DNA of 64,000 nucleotides, from the NCBI GenBank assembly GCA_965242925.1, contig CBDEUM010000039.1, forward strand, positions 32,001 to 96,000, written 5' to 3'. Below are positions 9,830 through 19,059 of this stretch, piece after piece; the stretch's first letter is position 1, and every line of letters starts with the position of its first letter. The stretch comes from Roseibacillus sp. (GTDB lineage Bacteria; Verrucomicrobiota; Verrucomicrobiia; Verrucomicrobiales; Akkermansiaceae). Below the pieces are notes generated by a model, which had not been told where the DNA came from, searched no databases, and was given only the letters and a program-made list of their open reading frames with translations. The position numbers and the translations under genes are program-made.

Positions 9830-10169
9830 CCGTAAACTTTTCCTCATCCTGGGATGCTTTGAACATAGGATCCCAAGGTGATCACCACCAGAGCATAATA
9901 CTTGCGCCCTCGATGCCGTCAGGTCATGGGAAGCAGGACTGCAGCGGATGACTGGGGGACCTGCTTTCCCGTCACCGCTCCGCAACGGAACCGACGGGCG
10001 GTAGCAGGTTGCGCCCCTCCTCCCGCGGCTTTTTCGCCTCCCGCAAATCCAATCTCGAAAAGGGATTTTTCCGTAGTTTGATTGCCGAAGATAATGAGCT
10101 CCGTATGTTGCGGAACCTGCAGGGCAGCAGGCCAGCTGCCGGCCCAGCCCATCCAATGATACTCTCACC

Positions 10170-11729
10170 ATGAACAATCACCTGCCAGGCGGATGTTTCC
10201 CACCACGTATGACCAGAATGATCAGCCTCTGTGGCCTTCTTGCCGCCATGCCCGGTTCGGTGCCTGGCAAGCCGCTGGAAATCGGAACGCAGAATCAGAT
10301 CTTTATCGATGGCCGCTTTCTCGCAGAACGGAAAAACGTCCGTATCGTGGTCCAGCAACCCCGCAAGACCGGTGAGATGATGGCCTTCGTCTCTGCTGAG
10401 TACCTCCAGATCATGGAATATGACGGAGTGTTCAAATACTTTACGCTGGTCTCCCAGGATGGCTCCAACTGGGAAAACACAACCAACAACAACCCCAAGG
10501 GTGATTTCAAGTACGGCATCTACTGGAGTGTCCCGGAACGCCCCAATGGGGTTGTCTTCAAGGACCCCAAGGCGCCACCCGAAGAGCGCTACAAGGTGGT
10601 CTCGGGGATGCAGAACAAGATTTATGCCACCGCGGATGGAAGTAAATGGAAAACACTGAAGCCGCACCCCTTCCCCCAGCAGATCAGTTTCCCACGCGGA
10701 ATGGACAGCCAGAACGTGTGCTTCTGGGATGAAAAGTACGAGTGCTACGTGGCCTACGTGCGGGCTAACCTGGAGTTTGAACCCCCGCCTCAGCACAAGG
10801 AGTATTTCAAGAACTCGCGCTTTCATAACCAGAACAACCATCTCCGCTGTGTGCGTCGCTGCACCTCTAAGGACCTGAAGCGCTTCACGACGGGGGAAAT
10901 CGTGCTGGCTCCCGACGAGAACGATCCCATCATGGACGGCGTGGGAGTAGGCGACTTCTACATGCCGCAAGTCATCAAGTATCCGCACGCCCAGGACGCC
11001 TACGTCATGTTCCCCAACCGCTATCTCCACTACCAGCAGTGGTTCATGGCGGAGGACCTGAGTCACCTCCCCACGAACAAGCCCAACGAGGTCCTCAACG
11101 ACGGCCCGATCGACATCGGATTTGCGGCCAGTCGGGACGGGATCAAGTGGAATCGCTATGATCGCAAGCCGCTGGTTCCGCTTGGCCGGAAAGGGCAGTT
11201 CGACTGGGGAGGACTGTATCCGGTTCGCGGTCTTATCGTGAAAGGTGAGGAGATGTGGCTTTACTACGTCGCCTCCGCCGATCACGGGCTGCCTTTACCG
11301 ATCAAGGGCCGTGAGAAGGGCAAAGTCCTTTCACGGGTGATTTTTCGCAAGGATGGTTTCACGGCCTTGGAGGCGGATTATCCCCGCGGCGAATTCACCA
11401 CTCCTGTGCTGCGGTTTTCAGGCGATAGCCTGCACCTCAACGTCGAGACTTCTTCCCTGGGTCTGGTCCGGGTCGAGATTCAGGACGAGAACGGAAAGCC
11501 GCTTCCCGGATTCGCCCTCAGCGATTGCGACCGGATTCACACCACCAACACGACGGATGCAGTCGTCAACTGGCGAAGAGGGAAGAGCAGTATCAGCAGC
11601 CTTGCAGGAAAGTCCGTCCGGCTGCGGTTCGAGTTGATGTACGGGGCCAAGCTCTACGCGTTTGGCACGCAGGCAGCTTCCCCCGGTCCTCCATCAGACC
11701 CGCCTCCGGGACAGGAACAGTCCAACTGA
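10170..11729 (+). CDS. Secreted hypothetical protein, glycoside-hydrolase-like beta-propeller plus C-terminal beta-sandwich
   Basis: Signal-like N-terminus, QIFIDGR, DSQNVCFWD..Y.AYVR, SRDGIKW, EMWLYY, RKDGF, GEFTT...LHLNV. This resembles an uncharacterised family common in PVC bacteria. Confidence 0.65.
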   Translation: MNNHLPGGCFPPRMTRMISLCGLLAAMPGSVPGKPLEIGTQNQIFIDGRFLAERKNVRIVVQQPRKTGEMMAFVSAEYLQIMEYDGVFKYFTLVSQDGSNWENTTNNNPKGDFKYGIYWSVPERPNGVVFKDPKAPPEERYKVVSGMQNKIYATADGSKWKTLKPHPFPQQISFPRGMDSQNVCFWDEKYECYVAYVRANLEFEPPPQHKEYFKNSRFHNQNNHLRCVRRCTSKDLKRFTTGEIVLAPDENDPIMDGVGVGDFYMPQVIKYPHAQDAYVMFPNRYLHYQQWFMAEDLSHLPTNKPNEVLNDGPIDIGFAASRDGIKWNRYDRKPLVPLGRKGQFDWGGLYPVRGLIVKGEEMWLYYVASADHGLPLPIKGREKGKVLSRVIFRKDGFTALEADYPRGEFTTPVLRFSGDSLHLNVETSSLGLVRVEIQDENGKPLPGFALSDCDRIHTTNTTDAVVNWRRGKSSISSLAGKSVRLRFELMYGAKLYAFGTQAASPGPPSDPPPGQEQSN

Positions 11730-13106
11730 ACGGGCTGGCACGCTGCCTTTTGCCCTCCATCCGGCTATTGCAATCGGAGCCGGCGCATCGATATACCGGA
11801 AATGCTGACTGAGTGCTAGTTTGCGGCAGGAACAGCTCTCAGCAGCAGAGCCCCCGTTTGCGCTGTTCTCCGCCTGCACCCCGCCCGACCACGCCTGCCC
11901 GGTCGCCTCATGCCACACGCTTCGGGGAACATCGATCGAACTGAAAGACTCTGCGGCAGCCTGCGGGTTTTGCCGGTGAAACTGCGTGAACGCCCGGGTG
12001 AGAGCTCCCTGCCGCAATCCTGGTTCCGTGATCTCATTTGCCCACTCCACTGCCAGGGAACCATCCTGATGGGCAAAGGCGGCGGTAAATCCGTTGAGGG
12101 CCTGATTCCGGTCCGAGGACGGTTCCATCTCCATGATCGATTCGATCGCACCCTCCGGTTCCCGCGATCCCCAGTGCGCGAACGCAGCGCTCCATGCACT
12201 CGATCGCAGCGCTCCATCGGGCAACTCCGTAGCCCAGTCCAGGGTCACCTCCAGGCCCTGGTCCCGCACGATCTCACGGGTCAGAGTGTCCATCGGTCGC
12301 CAGTTGTAGGCCCTGGGGTCTGTGACATCGTAAATAAAGTTCGTGGCCACTTCCACGTCGTTGTCGATCAATCCTTCAAAGAGCCTTCGCTGCACCCTCG
12401 AGGCCACTCCCGGATCCAGTCCGGAGAAAACATCGATGGCAGCCTGCGGATCGACACTCGCCAGACCAGGGATCATGTTGCCGAGGAATCCCTCAAAGTA
12501 GCGCTCCGGAATCTCATCCAGGTGCGCAATTGCAGTGGCAGGGTCGTTTGCACCCCATGCATAATCGAAGAGTTGCCAAAGTTTGCCATCAACCCCGGCC
12601 TTTGCCATTGCACCTCTCATCATGAAGGCCTGCTCCCGGGTAAAGGTCGCCGAACCCATCTCCTCCAGGATCCGGTCAAAGGCCTGTCGCCGGCCCAACG
12701 CACTGGGGGCCTTGATCGCCTGCAGGACCAACGCATGAATCTCCTTCTTCCCCAGGGGACCTCTCCGTTGCAGGGCCTCGGATGCCTCCCGCGCCATCGT
12801 GATCCGGCTGGTCTGCATTCTTCTGGTGCGCTCCACGCTGGCATCACTCTTCTGCGGATCCGGGGCGCTCGGGAGCGACTCCGGTTTCCCACCAGCCCGG
12901 CCCGGCAACGGCACGTAACGCTCCGTCTCCCTAGCATCAGCCTGCCCGACGACATCGCGCTTTCCAGTGGAAGGGGGAATCGTCACGCCTCCACTCTCGC
13001 CCTTGTCCGTCCCCCGTGTGGCACGTGCCAGCTGGGATCCGGTCACGAAGGTTCCCAAGGTGATGAAGAGCCAGACGAGGTGGACGATGACGTTGCGTTT
13101 CGACAT
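11694..13106 (-). CDS. Membrane-anchored alpha-helical repeat protein (W...DP..A..W repeats)
   Basis: N-terminal TM segment, low-complexity linker, repeats such as WGANDPATA, ASVDPQAA, WGSREPEGA, HRQNPQAA. Paralogue of the upstream gene. 3' end uncertain. Confidence 0.7.
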   Translation of the reverse strand: MSKRNVIVHLVWLFITLGTFVTGSQLARATRGTDKGESGGVTIPPSTGKRDVVGQADARETERYVPLPGRAGGKPESLPSAPDPQKSDASVERTRRMQTSRITMAREASEALQRRGPLGKKEIHALVLQAIKAPSALGRRQAFDRILEEMGSATFTREQAFMMRGAMAKAGVDGKLWQLFDYAWGANDPATAIAHLDEIPERYFEGFLGNMIPGLASVDPQAAIDVFSGLDPGVASRVQRRLFEGLIDNDVEVATNFIYDVTDPRAYNWRPMDTLTREIVRDQGLEVTLDWATELPDGALRSSAWSAAFAHWGSREPEGAIESIMEMEPSSDRNQALNGFTAAFAHQDGSLAVEWANEITEPGLRQGALTRAFTQFHRQNPQAAAESFSSIDVPRSVWHEATGQAWSGGVQAENSANGGSAAESCSCRKLALSQHFRYIDAPAPIAIAGWRAKGSVPARSVGLFLSRRRV

Positions 13107-13114
13107 TCTTCCGG

Positions 13115-14479
13115 TCAATCGCGGTGCCTCCGGTCGCGTGGGGTCAGAATATTTTCCTGTATCTCGGCGGACAGGCCTGACCCGTCCAACCACTCCGGCA
13201 GACCCTGTCCACCCTTCCGCTGCCAGGACCGGGCCACCTCGACCATGGCCTCCTGCCGCCGCTCCGGCGCAGCAATGGACTCCGCCCAGCTCATCGCCGC
13301 AGTGGGATCCTCCCACACCACATGAGTGCTGTAACCGGCAATTGCCGCATCACGCAGGGGGGACGGGGCCATCTCCTGGAGATACTCGCCTGCCGCAGTG
13401 GGGTCCCTCCGCGCCCAGGAATTCAGACTGCCCCTCATTCCGATCTGCTGGCTTTGACCCTCCGGCAGATCGTTGACCCACTCAAGCGCCGCCTGCGGGT
13501 CGCGGCCCGCCCAGTTCGCTCCAACCTCCCAGAAAATACGCTCAGTGCCGGGCTGACCTGCAAACCCCTCCGCCCACTGGGCGGCTTCAGCCGGTTTGCG
13601 CTCTGCAAAATGATCCGCAACCCGGCCCAACGCTTCATTCCGCATCCGCCCCTCGGGAAGACCCTCCGCCCAGGACGAGGCCTCGAGCGGACTCTCTGCG
13701 GCCCGCAGCACTTCCCCCGTTACAATATGCATATGGCCCGCATCTGCCTGACCCTCAGCCACCATCCTCTCGACAAACATTGCCGCTCGCTGCGGATCTG
13801 CATCCGCCAGTCCATCGACTATCCCTGACATCAAATGATGCCGCAGCCCCGTGACCTCGAGTTTGCGCTCCTTGAGCAACGGATCGAAGCGGGCATCGTT
13901 TGCCATGTCCAACCCTTCGATCCACGCCATCGCCTCCTGTGGGCTTGCGCCCGCCCACCCTGCCAGGGCTGGTTTCATGTCATCTTCCTCCGTGTCGACA
14001 CCGAATATGACCGCATCCACTCCTGCAACCGCGCCCCAGGCATAATGAAACTCCTGAAACTCCGCACTCCGGTGATCCTTGTGCTCAATCTGTTCGCGAA
14101 TGAGCAACGCATTGTCGGCAGTCAGTCCCTGGATCAGCTTGGAAAAGGCCAACCGCTGCGCGACCGGGTCGGAGGACTTGCGAAACGTCTGGCCCAGTTC
14201 ATCGATATCCGCTTCGCTGAGAGTGATCTTCTCTGCCAGCATCCGAGTGACCTCATCCTTTCCGATTGATTTACTCCCGGTAGCGGACTCCCCCGCCGCG
14301 GAGTCTGCCTTTCCGCTGGAAATTCCATCCTGAGCCCCTGGCCCCGGGTCGCTATTCCCCCGCCTGGCCGCAACCCCGGCATCATCACGTCCCGACGGCA
14401 GGACAAAATAGCCGGCCAGGAAGGCCAGAACCGCGACCAATCCCCAACCAAGGTGCACTTTTGTCGATTTATTCATCAT
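13115..14479 (-). CDS. Membrane-anchored alpha-helical repeat protein (W...DP..A..W repeats)
   Basis: N-terminal TM (HLGWGLVAVLAFLAGY), repeats WAGASPQEAMAW, WAGRDPQAALEW, WARRDPTAA, WEDPTAAMSW. Confidence 0.75.
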   Translation of the reverse strand: MMNKSTKVHLGWGLVAVLAFLAGYFVLPSGRDDAGVAARRGNSDPGPGAQDGISSGKADSAAGESATGSKSIGKDEVTRMLAEKITLSEADIDELGQTFRKSSDPVAQRLAFSKLIQGLTADNALLIREQIEHKDHRSAEFQEFHYAWGAVAGVDAVIFGVDTEEDDMKPALAGWAGASPQEAMAWIEGLDMANDARFDPLLKERKLEVTGLRHHLMSGIVDGLADADPQRAAMFVERMVAEGQADAGHMHIVTGEVLRAAESPLEASSWAEGLPEGRMRNEALGRVADHFAERKPAEAAQWAEGFAGQPGTERIFWEVGANWAGRDPQAALEWVNDLPEGQSQQIGMRGSLNSWARRDPTAAGEYLQEMAPSPLRDAAIAGYSTHVVWEDPTAAMSWAESIAAPERRQEAMVEVARSWQRKGGQGLPEWLDGSGLSAEIQENILTPRDRRHRD

Positions 14480-15803
14480 TCTTGCCTATCAACTCCACAC
14501 TCGTCACTTCCAGACCGACATCTTCGTGCACAGTCTGAACCCAGAGCCAGCCGAGTTCCTGTCCCACGGAGGACTCGGGAAAGCTCTCCTTCATGCGCGG
14601 GATCTCGTCCAGGTTAAGTTCGATCTCAAATCTTCCTTCCCCTTCCTCTGCCAATTCGATTTTCCGCGAAAGGTCGTACTTCCCCGAAAGCACCCCTCGC
14701 ACCCGATGGGTGCCAAAACCGAATCCAACTGTGGAGCTCCGCTCCAACCGCCCCACCACCCGCAGACGCGCCCCCTCTGTCAACAAGACCGGCGTGCCAT
14801 TGGCGTCAGACGGACCCACCACCACACTGTGGAGGAGAAGAGGCTTGTTGCGTTCCCCGAAGTCTCCACGGAACAAGTGGGTCTCCGCACGCAGGGATCC
14901 GGGACGCTCTCCCGGCCCTGATCGCCAGTGCCCCTGGCGAACGTCGTGCTGCAGGTCGCATTGCCAACTCTTGACCGACTCTCCCCGTGGAAGGGCATCA
15001 AAGTTCGTCTCCCTCTCCAGCGCGGCCACCACATGGTGGTCGGCAGGAACATCCCGTGTTTTCCCATCCGCCAGCCGCGTGACCCGTACCAAGCCCTCGT
15101 GGACGGCCAGTCGAGTCGCAGAATCATCGGCGGTCACGTTGAACTGGGTTCCGAGAACTTCCACCTCCGCAGAAGGAGTCTGCAGGAGCAAAGGACGCCC
15201 GGACGGCTGCGGAGCGACATCCAGGGATAGCTCTCCCTGCCTCAAATGAATGCGTTTTCCCTCCAGTCCCTCCGAGAACGTGACGATCGCGGGCCCGGAA
15301 GCCCAGACCTTGGTCCCATCATCAAAGGTCAGTTCCGCCCAGGAATCGGCCGCCCCTATTTCAAGCGTTCCACCCGCGAGTTCATCACCAACCTTGAGGC
15401 CGCTGATCGGCCGACCTCCATCTCCGGTCCAGCGAACTGCTCCGTTCCACTCGGCAATACGTACGATCGATGCGACCCCTGCATTTGGCGCCCGTAGGAA
15501 AAGGACCCCTGACACGCCGAGAAGAATCAGCACTGCGGCCGCACCTAACAGCCAGGCCGTCGTCCGGCGTCTCCTGTCGACGTGAACACTTTCGCCTCTC
15601 CCTTGCGCAGTCCACGACTCAGGCGTCACCCCTGTCTCCAAGAGGTCAGCGTGGAGCCCAAGGTAATGCAGATAGCGTTTCTGCGCGTAAGCATCACCAT
15701 CGAGCTCCACTTCCAACGCGGCAAATTCCTCCGCCGTGATGGTCTTGTCGACCAGTCTGGTCAGCAACTGGTCAAGCTGTTCGTGGTCAGCGTCAGGCAT
15801 CAC
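14469..15803 (-). CDS. FecR-domain anti-sigma factor
   Basis: N-terminal helical anti-sigma domain, single TM, FecR motifs (L.QGEL..DV.PQ, TPSAEVEVLGTQFNV, V.EG.VRV). Overlaps the sigma gene. Confidence 0.88.
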   Translation of the reverse strand: MMPDADHEQLDQLLTRLVDKTITAEEFAALEVELDGDAYAQKRYLHYLGLHADLLETGVTPESWTAQGRGESVHVDRRRRTTAWLLGAAAVLILLGVSGVLFLRAPNAGVASIVRIAEWNGAVRWTGDGGRPISGLKVGDELAGGTLEIGAADSWAELTFDDGTKVWASGPAIVTFSEGLEGKRIHLRQGELSLDVAPQPSGRPLLLQTPSAEVEVLGTQFNVTADDSATRLAVHEGLVRVTRLADGKTRDVPADHHVVAALERETNFDALPRGESVKSWQCDLQHDVRQGHWRSGPGERPGSLRAETHLFRGDFGERNKPLLLHSVVVGPSDANGTPVLLTEGARLRVVGRLERSSTVGFGFGTHRVRGVLSGKYDLSRKIELAEEGEGRFEIELNLDEIPRMKESFPESSVGQELGWLWVQTVHEDVGLEVTSVELIGKNDE

Positions 15804-16317
15804 TCCAACCCTCCTGTCTCATCGTTTCTCCAATGCACTCAAGGAGGCGGGACCGGATCTTCTCAAGTGCGTAATAGAGCTTGTGCATGCTCACTCCTGA
15901 ACGTTCTGCCTCCTGCTTCACCGCGCCGTGCTTGGAATAGCGCAGTTGCACCCACTTGCGCTCCTGTCCATTCAATTTGCCGAGGCAGATCTCCAACGCC
16001 CGGCGGCGTGTTTCCATCAGGCTCACTTCGTTTTCATATACCGCATTGAGCTGCTCCAGCAATCCATCCGAAAAGACCAGTTTCTCGCGGGCTTGCCGCT
16101 GCCGCCACTTCTGCACCTCAAACCAGGCAAACTTGCGTGCCCACGGCACGAACGGTCTCTCCTGATCAAACTGGTCCCACTTCTCCCAGAGCCGGACACT
16201 GACTTCCTGAAGCAACTCCCCCACGTCGGTCGTCCGCGGCATCATCATGAACAGATAACGCTCCACCTCCGCCTGGTGGCGAGTCCAGAGACGGACAAAT
16301 TCAGCAGTAGGATCCAT
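15793..16317 (-). CDS. ECF RNA polymerase sigma-70 factor, Rhodopirellula/Verrucomicrobium type
   Basis: EFVRLWTRHQ, LLQEV...LWEKWDQFD..RPF..WA, FSD.LLEQL, RALE.CL.KL, L.KIR..L.ECI. Confidence 0.92.
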   Translation of the reverse strand: MDPTAEFVRLWTRHQAEVERYLFMMMPRTTDVGELLQEVSVRLWEKWDQFDQERPFVPWARKFAWFEVQKWRQRQAREKLVFSDGLLEQLNAVYENEVSLMETRRRALEICLGKLNGQERKWVQLRYSKHGAVKQEAERSGVSMHKLYYALEKIRSRLLECIGETMRQEGWSDA

Positions 16318-16410
16318 GACGGTTCTCTGACTATCTTCCTCGCAAATCGCCCAAATTCGGAATTTTTTTTGCGACGGGTGCTCAGTTCCCCGAAAACAGG
16401 GGATTCCCGC

Positions 16411-17130
16411 CTACTCGAAAAATGGTGGAACCTCCGCCACCCTCGTCCCCGCGATCATTTCCTCCATGTAATCGGCAAGCCGGTCAACGATTCTTTCGAT
16501 GAAGGCCGCCCCCTTCGCGGCCGTGGCAGATGACGGCCTCTGGTCATCCTGGTCCCTCCACATGTCGGTGCGCACGTTTGATGGAAAGGCCGCCAGTCCC
16601 ATTGAGGTTTCAAACTCCTGGGCGTGACCGGGCAGGTCCTCCGGAAGTCGGGAACCGGAGTCCAGCAACTCTTCCGCATCCTCCCTGGTAAGGACATCCC
16701 AGTAGGGAAGGAAGTGGAGATTGACCTGGAATTCGCGAAGGAGTTGCTCCCACACTGCCTTGCAGGCCGCCACGTTTCCCCCGTGCCCGTTCAGGACCAG
16801 GATATTGCTGAACCCCGCCAGGCACATGCTTCGCACCAGGTCATTGACCACCGCCAGGAAAGTGCCCGGACGGAGGGTGAGGCTGCCACGGTGCTTCATG
16901 TGGTGCTCACTGATCCCCGCCATCAACCCTTCCGCCACCACCACTCGCGGCTGGAGCCGTTCCGCGACCGCATGGGCCACGTGCGTCACGCTGCGCCAGT
17001 CGTGCTCCATGGCCAGATGCTCGAGATGCTGCTCCACCGCCGCCACCGGAATGATGCAGGCCTGCAGGTCACCGCTCTCCATGCGCTCCCGGAATTCCCG
17101 GCGCGTCAGTTTTCCCAACCGAACTTCCAT
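16411..17130 (-). CDS. Creatininase family amidohydrolase
   Basis: EQHLEHL...HD, GISEHH, NGHGGN, GHAQEFETS. Confidence 0.9.
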   Translation of the reverse strand: MEVRLGKLTRREFRERMESGDLQACIIPVAAVEQHLEHLAMEHDWRSVTHVAHAVAERLQPRVVVAEGLMAGISEHHMKHRGSLTLRPGTFLAVVNDLVRSMCLAGFSNILVLNGHGGNVAACKAVWEQLLREFQVNLHFLPYWDVLTREDAEELLDSGSRLPEDLPGHAQEFETSMGLAAFPSNVRTDMWRDQDDQRPSSATAAKGAAFIERIVDRLADYMEEMIAGTRVAEVPPFFE

Positions 17131-17214
17131 GCCCTTGAGCATGAGACCCTCCCCGTCACAAGTCACCGTTTTTCAATAGCGACAGGAGCAGCCCACGCAG
17201 TCTAGGATTTCGCG

Positions 17215-19059
17215 ATGATCTCTCTCAGGATTCGGGCCGCCGCTCTTGTACTCTCTCTCACCTCTCTGCCGGACTCGACTCACGCCCAGGAGGCCCCCTT
17301 CGAGTTCACGCGCATGATCGCGCACTGGGACGAGTATGGTCATGCCGATTACCTCCCCTTCGTCGATGATGTCCAACCCCAGGTTGCGCAGGTCGGCTTT
17401 TACGGAGCACACTTCTGGAGCCTGGTTCACACCCCGCAATTTGGAGGTTACCCGGCTCACTTCCCGGTCCGCGGCTTGACCGAGTGCAGCGCGTGGTTTC
17501 GCACACTGAATGGCGAACTCAAGAAGCGCAAGGTGCGCGCAGTGGGGCACTTCAACATCGAGTTCCTTGTCGGTGACCCCGATGGGCCGATGGGCCCGCG
17601 TGGGTTTTTCAAGTGGTACCGCGACCACTGGGACGAAAAGCGCCTGGGACCAAAGCCCGTGAAGGATCCCTTGGACTTTCTGGAAAAGAAGGCGGACGGC
17701 ACGCCCATCGTGAACCGCAGCTACGCCATCGGTGGCATGAGCGAGTACTGGGCCTGCCTGCGCAACCCGCACTGGCAGATCGTCCTCAAGGCATGGGTCA
17801 AGCAGGGGATCGCGCTCGGGGTGGATGGCTACGTGATCAATTACTTCTACCGGCACGAGTGCCACTGCGATCACTGCCAGTCAGCCTTCCGCTCCTATCT
17901 CTCGGAGCGCCATTCCCCAGCCGAATTGAAGAAGAGGTTCCGCATCTCCGATCTCGCCGCTCACAAGTTCGGGACCATCGTTTCCTGGCACGACCCCAAG
18001 ACCACCAACCCACTCAAACTCGAGATGCTGCGCTTCTCACAGGTCTCCAACAAGAAGGCTTTCGATGAGGTCTTCCTCAAGTTCGGGAGATCCCTGAAAC
18101 CGGACCTCCTGGTGGCCCAGTGGAACCACCTCGGCAACTTCGTGGCGATCAGTGGAGACGAGCGCTGCCTCCTGCCCGCCGATCTCTGGGCCAAGGACGA
18201 ATCCTATCTCTGGTACAGCACGGGCGACTCCGCCAACAAGAGCGACCTCGAGAATAGGGTTCTCGGAGATGCCGTTCTCCAGGCCCGGTTCATCCGCGGT
18301 GCCAGCGGCGACAAACCCTTCACCCTGGGCAAGTATGAGAGCACCCGCATTCGCACCACGATCGCCGAACTGGCCGCCAATGGGGGGACGCCCATGGGCT
18401 TCTACGCCCGCTTCACCGATCCCGAAGCTCGCAAGGAAATCGTGCGCTACTACCAATTCCTCAAACGGCACGAGAATCTCTACCAGGCCAACCATTCTCA
18501 CGCCGAGGTCATTCTCGCCTACCCACGCAAGCGCGTGCACCAGGGCGACCTGGCCGCTCTCGAACGCTTCCGAACACTGGGTCGCAAGCTCCTCGACCGA
18601 CACGTTCTCTTCGATATTTTCCCCGACGACCTCGTCCCCACCGGGCGGGATAAGCGCCACAAAATGGTGTTCACCGTGGACGAGCTTTCCCCGGTTCTGC
18701 CCAAAACTTTGAGCCGTTTCGACGCGCCCTTCACCGTGCGAGTTTCCGCCAGTCGGCCTGCCACGCGCAACGAACTCGATCTTCACTTCGTGAACTACAA
18801 TCGCACCGAGCCTCCCAAGCGTCCCGGCGGGAAACCGTCCGCGGGAAACGGCATTCGCGATGAAAAACCTATCCCAGCCCCTGAGATCGCGGTGGACCTC
18901 CTCTTGCCTCCAGGCGCCCGGGTGAAGGAGATCGTGGCTATCACTCCCGAAGATGATCACAGCACGGCTCTCAAGTGGAAGATGGTAGAGGGACGAATTC
19001 AGTTTTCGACTCCGCCGTTCAAGGTCTACGCTCTCGTGCGTGTGCTCCTTCACTCCTAA
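17215..19059 (+). CDS. Secreted hypothetical protein, probable glycoside-hydrolase-like TIM barrel
   Basis: Signal peptide, ACLRNPHW, GVDG, CHCDHC...F..YL, trimerisation-like region and C-terminal LHFVNY beta-sandwich. Architecture is reminiscent of GH42-like proteins. Confidence 0.6.
   Translation: MISLRIRAAALVLSLTSLPDSTHAQEAPFEFTRMIAHWDEYGHADYLPFVDDVQPQVAQVGFYGAHFWSLVHTPQFGGYPAHFPVRGLTECSAWFRTLNGELKKRKVRAVGHFNIEFLVGDPDGPMGPRGFFKWYRDHWDEKRLGPKPVKDPLDFLEKKADGTPIVNRSYAIGGMSEYWACLRNPHWQIVLKAWVKQGIALGVDGYVINYFYRHECHCDHCQSAFRSYLSERHSPAELKKRFRISDLAAHKFGTIVSWHDPKTTNPLKLEMLRFSQVSNKKAFDEVFLKFGRSLKPDLLVAQWNHLGNFVAISGDERCLLPADLWAKDESYLWYSTGDSANKSDLENRVLGDAVLQARFIRGASGDKPFTLGKYESTRIRTTIAELAANGGTPMGFYARFTDPEARKEIVRYYQFLKRHENLYQANHSHAEVILAYPRKRVHQGDLAALERFRTLGRKLLDRHVLFDIFPDDLVPTGRDKRHKMVFTVDELSPVLPKTLSRFDAPFTVRVSASRPATRNELDLHFVNYNRTEPPKRPGGKPSAGNGIRDEKPIPAPEIAVDLLLPPGARVKEIVAITPEDDHSTALKWKMVEGRIQFSTPPFKVYALVRVLLHS

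Noticed and set aside
10060..16365. Shared TTCCG...GAAGATA upstream of the ECF sigma and the propeller gene as an ECF promoter
   Set aside because: Spacing differs (19 vs 13 nt) and there are only two instances, which is too weak.
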